This document shows, in pieces, positions 1-10,134 of a DNA stretch of 64,000 bases; positions within the stretch are counted from its first letter, which is position 1, and every line of letters begins with the position of its first letter. The stretch covers positions 15,424 through 79,423 of the forward strand of contig JANOPA010000014.1 in assembly GCA_031421635.1 (NCBI GenBank). Direction: 5' to 3'. Source of the stretch: Betaproteobacteria bacterium. Lineage in GTDB: Bacteria > Pseudomonadota > Gammaproteobacteria > Burkholderiales > Burkholderiaceae_E. Both the position numbers and the translations under genes were made by a program. The notes under the pieces are model-generated. The model was not told the origin of the DNA, made no database searches, and saw nothing but the letters and a program-made list of their open reading frames with translations.

Positions 1-3000
1 GACTTTTTTGTTGAAAAAGATGCCGAATTTTTTCCTTTCAAATATGACACTCAATTAGGCATCGAACTTGCGCCCTACTTGCAAATAGAACCCGCTGAGG
101 CTCTGTTAGTTGACTGGCTTGCACGGTTTAAAGCGGATTTGGCGCAAGCGCCGATGGTCACGACCGATTTTCTGGTCATGATCAATCAGCGATTGCAGGC
201 CGATATTGGCTATCTTGTGCGCATGGAACCCGGGGTGCAAACCCCCGAGCAAACCCTGGGATTGCGATGTGGGTCTTGCCGCGACACCAGTTGGCTCTTG
301 GTTCAGATTCTTCGCCAACTTGGCCTGGCGGCTCGCTTTGTATCGGGCTACTTAATTCAATTGGTGGCCGATCAGAAAGCGCTCGATGGACCCTCGGGCA
401 CGGACCGCGATTTTACTGATCTACATGCCTGGGCCGAAGTCTACATTCCAGGCGCTGGCTGGGTGGGCTTGGACCCCACCTCTGGGCTGCTCGTCGGTGA
501 AGGGCATATTCCTCTGGCCTGTACCGCGCAGCCTTCCTCTGCAGCACCGGTCACCGGGCTGGCTGGCTTTGCGAATGTGGAGTTTAGCCATGAGATGAAG
601 ATTACGCGAATTCATGAAGACCCTCGCGTCACTCAGCCGTATTCAGAATCCGCTTGGGCCCAGATCGATGCCCTAGGTCATCAAGTCGACGCCGTTTTGC
701 AAGCTCATGACGTGCGTCTTACCCAAGGAGGCGAGCCGACCTTCGTGTCAGTAGATGATATGGAAGGTGCGCAGTGGAATATCGCAGCCCACGGAGACGC
801 CAAACGAAAGCTGGCAGGAGATCTCCTGCTCAAGCTCAAAGCGCACCACGCTCCTCTTGGGGTCGTGCACTATGGTCAGGGGAAATGGTATCCAGGAGAG
901 CCTCTGCCTCGTTGGGCATTGAACATCTTCTGGCGGCGCGATGAGCAACCAGTGTGGCATGACGAGAGTCTGTTGGCCAAAGATAGTGACATCGATAAAT
1001 TTAACGAAAAGGATGCCCTGCGCTTCGGTGAAGCTTTGGTCACTCAACTCGGATTGCCGCGCGAGTGCCTCATCCCAGCCTACGAAGATGTCATGCAGCA
1101 GGTCTTGATCGAGCAAAAATTACCGGTTAATCTTGATTCGACGCGGGTCAATCTTAGAGACCCGCTAGAGCGTCGACGCCTGGCGATGCTTCTGGAAAAA
1201 GGGTTGGGCGCGGTCGCGGGTTTTGTGGTGCCACTCAAACCCGCGGGCATCATGACGGACCGATATTGGCGGACAAGCCAATGGCCTCTGCGGCGTGAAA
1301 AGCTCTACCTTCTCGCTGGCGATTCGCCACTGGGTCTTCGTTTACCCCTCGAGAGTCTGCCCTGGGTGTTACCTGAAGACATTGAGCCAATTTTCCCGGT
1401 AGATCCTTTTGCCGCTCGCGACGAATTGGCACCCTCTGAGATGGTCTCTGCCGCCCGAAAGAGCAAGAAAAAGGCGCCGCTCGGCAAAGCTTCTCCAGAT
1501 CCAAGAGAAGTCATTCACACCGCGCTTTGTATAGAAGTAAGACAAGGGCGGTTGCATGTCTTTATGTCTCCACTGGAGCGGCTTGAGGACAGTCTGGCGC
1601 TGATCAGTGCCATTGAAGCCACCGCCGCTCAAACCGCCATGCGCGTTCGGCTGGAAGGTTATCCGCCACCTTGGGACACTCGACTACGAGTGCTTAGCGT
1701 GACTCCCGACCCGGGCGTAATTGAAGTCAACGTGCAACCGGCGTCGAGCTGGCCAGAAATCACCTCTAATGTCACCAAGTTGTATGAGCTTGCGCGTGAA
1801 TCTCGTCTAGCGACCGAGAAATTTATGCTCGACGGAAGACACACTGGCACGGGCGGTGGCAACCACGTCACGCTCGGCGGCGCCACACCTGCCGATAGCC
1901 CGATGCTGCGCAGGCCCGATTTGCTGCGCAGTCTGCTCACTTATTGGCAAAATCATCCAGCCCTCTCGTACTTGTTTTCCGGCGCTTTCATCGGCCCGAC
2001 CAGCCAAGCTCCCAGAGTTGATGAGGCGCGTGACGACACACTGTATGAGCTTGGTATCGCCTTCCAGCAAATGGAGGCCGCATTGCCTAAGGCCAAGAAG
2101 AGCGAGCGCCCTTGGCTGGTGGATCGCCTATTGCGCAATCTACTCGTTGACCTAACAGGTAATACACATCGAGCCGAATTCTCGATTGACAAACTGTACT
2201 CACCCGACTCTCCTACCGGCCGCTTGGGGATTGTCGAGTTCAGAGCGTTCGAGATGCCTCCGCATGCTCAAATGAGTCTGGTACAAATGTTGCTGATTCG
2301 CGCCCTTGTTGCCCGCTTCTGGAAGGAACCTTATCGTGCACCATTAATGCCTTGGGGCACAGCCTTGCACGATCGCTGGATGCTACCCCATTTCGTAGCC
2401 CAAGACATTCGCCACGTTGCCGAAGATCTCATCGAAGCCGGTGTTGAGTTCTCTCCAAGTTGGTTTGACCCATTTATTGAATTTCGGTTCCCGCGTTATG
2501 GAACCGTGGTGTACGAGGGCGTCGAAATCGAATTGCGCCAGGCGATTGAACCCTGGAATGTTCTGGGTGAAGAAGTGAGCCGGAGCGGCACCTCACGCTA
2601 CGTCGATTCGTCGGTGGAGCGCCTGCAAGTTCGTGTTAGGGGCCTCACCGATACTCGCCACGTCGTCACTTGCAATGGTCGCCGTTTGCCCTTGCATCCG
2701 ACAGGGGTGCCTGGCGAGGCTGTAGCCGGTGTGCGTTTCCGAGCCTGGGCTCCGCCCAGCGCCTTGCATCCGACGATTGGCGTTCATGCTCCGCTGGTAT
2801 TCGACCTGGTAGATACCTGGAGCCAACGTGCCATTGGCGGATGCACCTATCATGTCAGCCATCCTGGCGGCCGCAACTACGATACTTTCCCAGTGAATGC
2901 AAATTCGGCCGAGGCAAGACGCTTTACCCGCTTTGTGGCACAGGGACATACTCCTGGACCCATCGACGTGCGCGTTGAGCCTCTCAACCCGAAATATCCG

Positions 3001-3030
3001 CTCACCCTGGACATGCGTTGGAATCCATGA
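1..3030 (+). CDS. Large transglutaminase-like protein with DUF2126-type C-terminal extension (5' end outside window)
   Basis: The frame is open from base 1, with no stop upstream of the track start at 79, so the gene begins before the window. It has a transglutaminase-core Cys/His/Asp signature ('GSCRDTSWLL', 'DLHAWAEVYIPGAGWVGLDPTSG'). About 750 aa follow that look typical of the DUF2126 extension. Its stop overlaps the next start (ATGA at 3027-3030). Confidence 0.85.
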   Translation, partial: DFFVEKDAEFFPFKYDTQLGIELAPYLQIEPAEALLVDWLARFKADLAQAPMVTTDFLVMINQRLQADIGYLVRMEPGVQTPEQTLGLRCGSCRDTSWLLVQILRQLGLAARFVSGYLIQLVADQKALDGPSGTDRDFTDLHAWAEVYIPGAGWVGLDPTSGLLVGEGHIPLACTAQPSSAAPVTGLAGFANVEFSHEMKITRIHEDPRVTQPYSESAWAQIDALGHQVDAVLQAHDVRLTQGGEPTFVSVDDMEGAQWNIAAHGDAKRKLAGDLLLKLKAHHAPLGVVHYGQGKWYPGEPLPRWALNIFWRRDEQPVWHDESLLAKDSDIDKFNEKDALRFGEALVTQLGLPRECLIPAYEDVMQQVLIEQKLPVNLDSTRVNLRDPLERRRLAMLLEKGLGAVAGFVVPLKPAGIMTDRYWRTSQWPLRREKLYLLAGDSPLGLRLPLESLPWVLPEDIEPIFPVDPFAARDELAPSEMVSAARKSKKKAPLGKASPDPREVIHTALCIEVRQGRLHVFMSPLERLEDSLALISAIEATAAQTAMRVRLEGYPPPWDTRLRVLSVTPDPGVIEVNVQPASSWPEITSNVTKLYELARESRLATEKFMLDGRHTGTGGGNHVTLGGATPADSPMLRRPDLLRSLLTYWQNHPALSYLFSGAFIGPTSQAPRVDEARDDTLYELGIAFQQMEAALPKAKKSERPWLVDRLLRNLLVDLTGNTHRAEFSIDKLYSPDSPTGRLGIVEFRAFEMPPHAQMSLVQMLLIRALVARFWKEPYRAPLMPWGTALHDRWMLPHFVAQDIRHVAEDLIEAGVEFSPSWFDPFIEFRFPRYGTVVYEGVEIELRQAIEPWNVLGEEVSRSGTSRYVDSSVERLQVRVRGLTDTRHVVTCNGRRLPLHPTGVPGEAVAGVRFRAWAPPSALHPTIGVHAPLVFDLVDTWSQRAIGGCTYHVSHPGGRNYDTFPVNANSAEARRFTRFVAQGHTPGPIDVRVEPLNPKYPLTLDMRWNP

Positions 3031-5597
3031 GTACTCAGCTCCTCGAAAAGTACCTGAGGACTGCGACCCGCTATGACGAGTTGCTATATGCCGACGGAAC
3101 GGCGCGCCTGCACTGGGAGGCGATGCTAAAATTTTTGAGCGAATCGGCCCCCGAAGCCATGGAGCATCGGGTGCAGGTGGTGCGACGTCAGGTGCGTGAA
3201 AACGGGGTGACTTATAACGTCTACGCCGACCCTCTCGGCACAGATCGCCCCTGGGACCTGGACATCGTTCCCATGATTTTGTCGGCTAACGAATGGGCCG
3301 AGATTGAAGCCGGTGTCATTCAGCGCGCAAGCCTAATGAACAAGATTTTGGTCGACGTTTACGGCGATCAACAGTTACTGGCTGATGGACATTTACCGGC
3401 TTCCTTGGTGCATGGACACTCTGGTTTTCTACGCCCGTGCCATGGCATCAAGCATCTTGACGGGGTGGCGCTGCATACTTACGCTGTCGATCTGGCACGC
3501 TCGCCCGATGGGCGTTGGTGGGCGCTCAACGACCGGACCCAAGCCCCCTCGGGGGCTGGCTACGCACTGGAAAATCGGATGGCGATTTCACGTGCCTTCC
3601 CGGAAATGTTTCGGGACCTCAAAATTCAGCGTCTAGCGGGTTTTTTTATCAAGCTCCGTGACAGCTTGGCCCATTGGGGACGCTCTTGTACGCCCTACAT
3701 GGGCCAAGCTTTTGCTGACGACCAAAGGCCGTTGACAGTACTACTGACGCCCGGCCCCTTTAACGAAACCTATTACGAGCAAGCACTCCTGGCGCGCTAC
3801 CTTGGCTTTCCCTTGATCCAGGGCAACGACTTGATGGTGCGAGACGGGTTTGTCTGGCTCAAGACCTTGTCAGGACTGCGACGCGTGCACGTTATCTTGC
3901 GTCGGCTCGATGATGACTATTGCGACCCACTTGAGCTGCGCAGCGATTCGGCCTTAGGTGTTGCAGGTCTGACGGAAGCGGCCAGACGTGGCACCGTACT
4001 AATTGCAAACAGTCTGGGTTCTAATCTACTTGAGTCGGGCACCCTGCTTGGTTTTCTTCCCAAGCTCTGCGAAGTACTGCTCGGCGAATCCTTGAAAATG
4101 CCGTCGATCGCGACTTGGTGGTGCGGTGAGCCCGCGGCCCTCACCGATGTTGTTAACCGAATTGAGCAATTGGTGTTCAAACCTAGTTTTCCTCAGCTTC
4201 GACAAGCGCCTGTGTTTGGTGAAGATCTCGATGAAGCTGCCCGCAGTTTGTTCATTGAGCGACTGCGTGCCGAGCCTCACAATTTTGTGGCTCAAGAGCA
4301 GGTACTCATGTCCCAAGCGCCCATCTGGAATCGGACAGAATATTCTGCAGATGGCGGCGCAGCGAAAGTACGGGCAGGTTTGGATGCTCGCGTCGTGGGG
4401 CTGAGAGTTTTTGCCTGCGCAACGCCCAATGGCTATGTTGTCATGCCCGGGGGGCTGACTCGGGTCGCGACGGGTTCAGACGCTCGCGTTGTCGCTATGC
4501 AGCGCGGGGGTGCGAGCAAGGATACCTGGGTGATGACCGATGGTCTGGTGAATCCTGTCACCCTCTTGCCTCGTCCTACCGAGAACCAGGATTTAATTCG
4601 CGCCGAAACTCATTTGGCGAGCCGCACCGTTGAAAATCTTTTTTGGTTCGGCCGTTACGCAGAGCGCTGTGATAACACCGCACGTCTCATGCGGCGATGC
4701 TTTGACACTTTGATCGAGGCCAACCCGGAAACCCGTGGTGGTGAATGGCCTACCCTCGTGGCTCTTTGCCAATGGCAAGAGCTGCTCGAGGCGCCGGAAC
4801 CGGCTTCGACCGAAAGCGTGGCACCACAAGACCTCAGCGTGCCGAGCGACGCAACGATTGAAGAGCGCCTACTGAGGGCCGTTCATGATACGGACTTGCC
4901 AGGACTGGCGCACCACATCAAGCAATTATTTCGAGTGGCGTTTAATTTGCGGGAGCGCCTTTCTACCGACAATTGGCGCTCTCTCAATCAAATGCTTCAA
5001 CGCCTTGGCAGTCCAGGCCCCGACTTGAATATCGGTGACGCCCTTGTATTGCTTGATCAGGCGGCGGTCTCTTTAATGACGCTGGCGGGTTTTACGCTCG
5101 ACGGCATGACGCGAGACATGGGTTGGCGATTCCTGTCGACGGGGAGAAGAATTGAGCGTCTTCAGTTTATGTGCTCGGCGCTTCAACACGCCTTGACGAT
5201 GCCTCCTAACAGCGGACTAGATTGGTTGCTAGATCTTGGCGACAGCATCATTACTTACCGATCTCGCTATATGGCCCGACCCGAATGGCTGCCTGTACTG
5301 GACTTGCTGATACTCGACAACGGCAACCCGCGCTCAGTCATCTTTCAGCTTGAAGGCTTGATCGGAGCGCTCCGGCGTGTCGCCGCCGTTCACGGCCCGA
5401 GTGGCGAGGAAATCTTTGAACCCTTATTGGCTCAGTTGAAAAGCCTCGACCCGGGTCGAGATCTTCGTCCCGGAGGCGAGGAACTCCTCACCTTGCTTCG
5501 CAACATCTATTCGGCAAGCTATCAAGTTTCCGAGCGCCTTGCGTCACAGTTCTTCAGCTATGCCGGCCATATCGACGCCAGTGTGTTTAAAGCATGA
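3027..5597 (+). CDS. Circularly permuted ATP-grasp (type 2) domain fused to an alpha-E domain
   Basis: The N-terminal ~480 aa carry blocks typical of the DUF404/DUF407 CP-ATP-grasp family ('LLTPGPFNETYYEQALLARYLGFPLIQGNDLMVRDGFVWLKT', 'RRLDDDYCDPLELRSDSALGVAGL', 'GTVLIANSLGSNLLES'). The C-terminal ~330 aa carry alpha-E/DUF403 blocks ('ENLFWFGRYAERCDNTARLMR', 'GWRFLSTGRRIERLQFM'). I take the ATG at 3027 (ATGA overlap) as the start; the track start at 3018 is a TTG. Confidence 0.85.
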   Translation: MSTQLLEKYLRTATRYDELLYADGTARLHWEAMLKFLSESAPEAMEHRVQVVRRQVRENGVTYNVYADPLGTDRPWDLDIVPMILSANEWAEIEAGVIQRASLMNKILVDVYGDQQLLADGHLPASLVHGHSGFLRPCHGIKHLDGVALHTYAVDLARSPDGRWWALNDRTQAPSGAGYALENRMAISRAFPEMFRDLKIQRLAGFFIKLRDSLAHWGRSCTPYMGQAFADDQRPLTVLLTPGPFNETYYEQALLARYLGFPLIQGNDLMVRDGFVWLKTLSGLRRVHVILRRLDDDYCDPLELRSDSALGVAGLTEAARRGTVLIANSLGSNLLESGTLLGFLPKLCEVLLGESLKMPSIATWWCGEPAALTDVVNRIEQLVFKPSFPQLRQAPVFGEDLDEAARSLFIERLRAEPHNFVAQEQVLMSQAPIWNRTEYSADGGAAKVRAGLDARVVGLRVFACATPNGYVVMPGGLTRVATGSDARVVAMQRGGASKDTWVMTDGLVNPVTLLPRPTENQDLIRAETHLASRTVENLFWFGRYAERCDNTARLMRRCFDTLIEANPETRGGEWPTLVALCQWQELLEAPEPASTESVAPQDLSVPSDATIEERLLRAVHDTDLPGLAHHIKQLFRVAFNLRERLSTDNWRSLNQMLQRLGSPGPDLNIGDALVLLDQAAVSLMTLAGFTLDGMTRDMGWRFLSTGRRIERLQFMCSALQHALTMPPNSGLDWLLDLGDSIITYRSRYMARPEWLPVLDLLILDNGNPRSVIFQLEGLIGALRRVAAVHGPSGEEIFEPLLAQLKSLDPGRDLRPGGEELLTLLRNIYSASYQVSERLASQFFSYAGHIDASVFKA

Positions 5598-6535
5598 TTC
5601 CTAGCACCATGATTTTCAGCGCAAGCTTTCACGTCCTCCACGAAACTCGTTATGACTACGCGCATACCGTGAGTTTGTCGCAACAATTGCTACAACTGAA
5701 ACCGAGAACCTTTCAGTTTCAGCATTGCATGGCACATCAAATTAGCGTGACGCCCACGCCGACCGAGCAGCATGATGCCTTCGATTACTTTGGGAACCAC
5801 CGACAGTACTTGTCGATTTCCGAACCTTCAGAATTATTATTGGTCAGCGCAGAATCGACGATATCTCTCTTGGCGAGACCGGGTCACGAGTTGCTCCTTG
5901 ATTCAAAGCCGTGGGAACTCGTACGCGATAATTTACGCGAGATCAGCCGCCCGGTGACCAATGATCCGCAGGGGCTCGAGCCCATGAAGTTTTTATTTGA
6001 GTCGCCTCATGTCAGCCTCAGCGAGGAATTGCGCAAGTACGCGAGCGAGAGTTTTCGCCCTGGTGGTTCGGTCCTAGCCGGCGCGTTAGATCTCACCGAA
6101 AAAATCCATCGCGATTTTGTCTTCGATCCCGAAGCAACCGATATTTCCACGCCTCTTAGTGAGCTCCTTCGCATCCGGCGCGGTGTATGCCAGGATTTCG
6201 CCCACCTCATGATTGGATGTTTACGCAGCCTGGGACTTTCCTGTCGGTATGTGAGCGGATATATTCTGACCAACCCGGCACCGGGCATGCCCAGACTCGT
6301 GGGGGCAGACGCTTCACATGCTTGGGTGTCTGTTTACTGCCCCAGCATCGGATGGGTTGATTTCGATCCGACCAACCGCTGCATGGTGAACCTCGAGCAT
6401 GTCACCCTCGGTTGGGGTCGCGACTTCAGCGATGTCAGCCCCATTCGCGGCGTCATGCTGGGCGGCGGTCAGCAGACGCTCAAGGTCAGTGTCACCGTGA
6501 CGCCACTTAGTCAAGCGACTTCGGTTAACACGTGA
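5594..6535 (+). CDS. Transglutaminase family protein (Bact_transglu_N plus transglutaminase core)
   Basis: N-terminal 'HETRYDYAHTVSLSQQLLQLKPR' is typical of the bacterial transglutaminase N-terminal domain. Core Cys is in 'RGVCQDFAHLMIGCLR'; His/Asp are in 'HAWVSVYCPSIGWVDFDPTN'. The start overlaps the upstream stop (ATGA at 5594-5597). Confidence 0.85.
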   Translation: MIPSTMIFSASFHVLHETRYDYAHTVSLSQQLLQLKPRTFQFQHCMAHQISVTPTPTEQHDAFDYFGNHRQYLSISEPSELLLVSAESTISLLARPGHELLLDSKPWELVRDNLREISRPVTNDPQGLEPMKFLFESPHVSLSEELRKYASESFRPGGSVLAGALDLTEKIHRDFVFDPEATDISTPLSELLRIRRGVCQDFAHLMIGCLRSLGLSCRYVSGYILTNPAPGMPRLVGADASHAWVSVYCPSIGWVDFDPTNRCMVNLEHVTLGWGRDFSDVSPIRGVMLGGGQQTLKVSVTVTPLSQATSVNT

Positions 6536-7740
6536 TCAAATACCTCTTTCTGATTGCGACAATTACCGCCATGGCGGGTACTTCGTTGGCGCAAGTCTCC
6601 TCTCCCGCCGGGATCGATCTACCGTCTTTGAACCGCCCCCTGGCTACTTGGAGTCAGCCTGAGCGAGAGTTCGGTTTCGCGAATTGGGATCGAATTTATC
6701 CCGCGCGGCGGATTGCGCGAGGTAGTCAGGTGCATTTGCTGCCTGAAGGACCTGACTTGCCGACGTTCGCAAACGGCGGCGAAGGTGCCCTTCAACTTCA
6801 GCGCAATATCGAGGCCTTCAAACTAGCGGGCATTGTGGTGTTACAAGACGGCAAATTGCGCTTGGAGCGCTATGCGCTAGGACATAGCGCTTCAGGCCGC
6901 TGGGTGGCGTTCTCCCTGACAAAGTCACTGACCAGTACATTGGTGGGGGCCGCTATTAAAGACGGTTTTATTTCGGGCGTTGACGATCTTGTCACGCGCT
7001 ACATTCCGGAACTAAGTGGAACCGCCTACGACGGCGTGACTTTGCATCAGTTGCTGACAATGTCCTCAGGTGTCAAATGGAATGAGGACTATGCGAGTCC
7101 TGATTCCGACGTGACTCACTTCTACTCCGCACCTGTAGACGCTGGCTTGGATGCGACCGTCAGCTACATGAAAAAACTCAGCCGGGATGTGCCTCCCGGC
7201 CAGAAGTGGCTTTACAACACTGGCGAGACGAATCTCATCGGCGTGATCGTTGCCCGAGCTACCAAGAAGACCTTGGCGAGCTACGCCTCGGAAAAAATCT
7301 GGGCACGCTATGGCATGGAACAGGATGCAACGTGGATGCTTGACCGAACGAGTCAAGAGCATGGTGGATGCTGCATGCACGCCTCCACGCGCGACCTGGC
7401 ACGTCTCGGCCAGTTTATTCTCGATGGTGCGCGCATCGATGGACAATCGATCGTCGCAGACGGCTTTCTGGAGGCCGCGACCCACAAGCAGGCCGACTTT
7501 GGGGACCCCGTAATGAGTTACGGCTATCAGTGGTGGATAAAGAACGATGGGTCATTTAACGCCCTAGGTATTCATGGTCAGCATATTCAGATCGACCCTG
7601 GTCGAAGGTTGGTAATTGTCGTCAACAGTGCATTGCCAAGCGCAGACTTCACAAAGGACTCACTCGCTGCCCGTACGGCGCTCTTCAACGCAATTCGTGC
7701 GGCGCTTGATTCGGAGTTGCTTGGTGGAGGTAAGCAATAG
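6532..7740 (+). CDS. Secreted serine hydrolase (beta-lactamase / DD-peptidase class C-like family)
   Basis: Signal peptide 'MIKYLFLIATITAMAGTSLAQV'. S-x-x-K motif 'FSLTKSL' and Y-x-N motif 'WLYNTGETN'. The GTG start overlaps the upstream stop (GTGA at 6532-6535). Confidence 0.8.
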   Translation: MIKYLFLIATITAMAGTSLAQVSSPAGIDLPSLNRPLATWSQPEREFGFANWDRIYPARRIARGSQVHLLPEGPDLPTFANGGEGALQLQRNIEAFKLAGIVVLQDGKLRLERYALGHSASGRWVAFSLTKSLTSTLVGAAIKDGFISGVDDLVTRYIPELSGTAYDGVTLHQLLTMSSGVKWNEDYASPDSDVTHFYSAPVDAGLDATVSYMKKLSRDVPPGQKWLYNTGETNLIGVIVARATKKTLASYASEKIWARYGMEQDATWMLDRTSQEHGGCCMHASTRDLARLGQFILDGARIDGQSIVADGFLEAATHKQADFGDPVMSYGYQWWIKNDGSFNALGIHGQHIQIDPGRRLVIVVNSALPSADFTKDSLAARTALFNAIRAALDSELLGGGKQ

Positions 7741-7839
7741 CGGAATGTCATCGTCTCTTTGGCGACCAATTCTGACACCGCAGTGTGTCGGAGTTCAGTC
7801 ACTTGCGCCAAAAGTCTGCCAAGCCCTACATGACCGGCT

Positions 7840-8226
7840 TTAGCCATGCGCAACGCTGATCCAGGGCACCTCGTGATATTTCACGGTGACAAATAAGTTT
7901 TGACGATGCAATACTTGATTGTGTTTCAGATTATGAAGTAAGGCTGGGGGTGTGATGTTGGCTTCCCGTGGAGGCAATGACTAAAGTAAACCAACCGCCC
8001 TCATGAATTTTTAGAACGTTGGAGGCCAGAAAAAAAGTTTCAATGGACAGAAAAATCACTGTGATCGAGCCACACCGCCAAAGTGGAAAATTCCAACGAT
8101 AGCGCATGACGTAGAAGGCCATTATCGTGGTCAAGACCATGGTGCCCGTCACCGCAATGCCATAAGCGGATCCCAACGCTGCCGAGGAACCAAACCCGAT
8201 CACGGCGACGACCACCGCGAAGTAGA
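7840..8226 (-). pseudogene. kup: Remnant of KUP-family potassium transporter
   Basis: Two minus-strand frames match internal Kup segments. Frame A (7931-8226) reads '[31 protein letters not shown]...[14 protein letters not shown]'. Frame B (7840-7980) reads '[33 protein letters not shown]'. The first ~340 codons, ~60-70 internal codons and the last ~100 codons are missing. Confidence 0.7.
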
Positions 8227-8539
8227 CGCCATCATGATGATTGATTTCGCGCTCGACGCGGAACGTCAGGACGGCTTGTCGGCACATGAGGCGATTCGCA
8301 AGGCCTGTCTGCTGCGATTGCGACCCATATTAATGACCACGATGGCGGCACTCTTGGGGGCATTGCCCCTAATGCTCGGTAGCGGTATGGGCAGTGAGCT
8401 TCGTCATCCACTGGGTCTCACCATGGTGGGCGGTTTATTGGTGAGCCAAGTGCTGACCTTGTTCACGACACCCGTTATCTACCTCTACTTTGATCGATTG
8501 GCGCGGCGTTTTCGCCCAACTAAGAAGCAGGTCGCCTGA
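8222..8539 (+). pseudogene. mdtB: 3'-terminal remnant (~105 codons) of an MdtB-like RND inner-membrane pump
   Basis: '[91 protein letters not shown]' is the conserved C-terminus of AcrB/MdtB-type pumps. About 930 upstream codons are absent. It abuts the kup remnant back-to-back near 8222-8226. Confidence 0.75.
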
Positions 8540-10134
8540 TGTTTTCTAAAATGAAGGAGCAACGCGATCGTATTGTCGAGCGCAGTGAGAGCATCTCCAA
8601 GATCTTTATCGAGCGACCAGTGGCCACCAGCTTGCTCACCGTTGCTATTGCCCTGTCGGGAGTGTTCATTTATCTACTGCTACCCGTGTCGCCTTTGCCG
8701 CAGGTTGAATTTCCAACGATTTCGGTCACAGCGAATCTGCCTGGGGCAAGTCCTGAAACGATGGCCGCCACGGTGGCGACTCCCTTGGAGCGCGCCCTAG
8801 GCGCCATTGCTGGCGTCAGCGAACTGACCTCTTCAAGTTCACTAGGAAGTACGCGGGTGACCCTGCAATTTGATCTCTCTAAGAATATCGATAGTGCGGC
8901 GCGAGAAGTTCAGGCCGCTATTAACGCGGCCAGAGTGACTTTGCCTAGCAGCTTGCCCAGCAACCCGACTTATCGCAAAGTAAACCCCACCGATTCGCCT
9001 GTGCTGATTTTGTCGCTCACCTCGCCAACAATGAGCCGTGGACAAATGTACGATGCCGCGTCGACTGTGCTGGCGCAACGTATTTCCCAGCTTGAGGGCG
9101 TAGGCCAGGTCACGGTGGGGGGAAGCGCCTTGCCCGCTGTCCGTGTGGCAGTCGATCTCCCGGCCCTCACGGCGCGGGGGATCAGTTTAGAAGGCGTGCG
9201 AACGGCCATTGCTTCAAGCAATGTCAATCGACCCAAGGGCATTATTGAAAACGATGAGCGGGCTTGGCAAATTACGGCCAATGATCAGGCTCGCAAGGCC
9301 TCTGACTACCTGCCGCTGATTGTCGCCTACAAAAATGGCAGTCCGGTGCGATTGAGCGATGTTGCGAAGGTGACGGACGGTGTTCAGGACTCTCGAAATA
9401 TGGGTCTAAGCGATGGTCAACCCTCGATTCTTTTATTGGTCTATCGTGAGAGTGGTGCCAATATTCTTGATACGGTCGAGGGCGTCAATTGGTGTACCTA
9501 CTGCGGTCACGGGGTCGTTTCAGGGAGGAGCCAAGGTATTCAGGCCTCGCTGAGTAGCCAGCCGGTGCTCATTCTGAGTGCTCTGGTAGCAATTTATCTC
9601 ATTTTAGGAATACTTTACGAAAGCCTCATCCATCCTTTAACAATTCTCTCGACCCTGCCTTCGGCCGGAGCCGGCGCAATCTTGGCCTTGATGCTGTTCA
9701 AGATGGACTTCAGCATTATTGCTTTCATTGGTGGCATATTATTAATCGGTATTGTCAAGAAAAACGCCATCGTGATGATTGATGTCGCGATTGACTCCGA
9801 ACGTCGCCAGAATTGCAGTGCCCATGAAGCGATTTTCCAGGCCTGTCTTTTGCGCCTTCGTCCCATTTTGATGACCACCTTGGCGGCCCTGTTTGGTGCC
9901 TTGCCGCTTGCACTGGTGACTGGCGACGGTGCTGAAATGCGCCAGCCGCTGGGCATTTCTATTATTGGTGGACTGCTCGTCAGCCAATTGTTGACGCTTT
10001 ACACCACGCCCGTGATTTACCTCGGTTTGGACGGTTTGCGAACTCGCTTCGTAAATCGCAGGGGAAACCGTGGCAAGCTTATTTCCCAGATCCTGCGCGA
10101 TGCCCCCAAAAGGACCCAATTATCAGAGGCCTGA
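8539..10134 (+). pseudogene. mdtC: MdtC-like RND pump with ~1.6-kb internal deletion
   Basis: Residues 1-~315 align by eye with the E. coli MdtC N-terminus ('LPGASPETMAATVATPLERALGAIAGVSELTSSSSLGSTRVTLQFD'). At ~9485 the sequence jumps to the MdtC C-terminus ('GVPTAVTGSFQGGAKVF' in another frame, then 'QASLSSQPVLILSALVAIYLILGILYESLIHPLTILSTLPSAG...'). The product is 531 aa against ~1025 aa expected. Confidence 0.8.
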
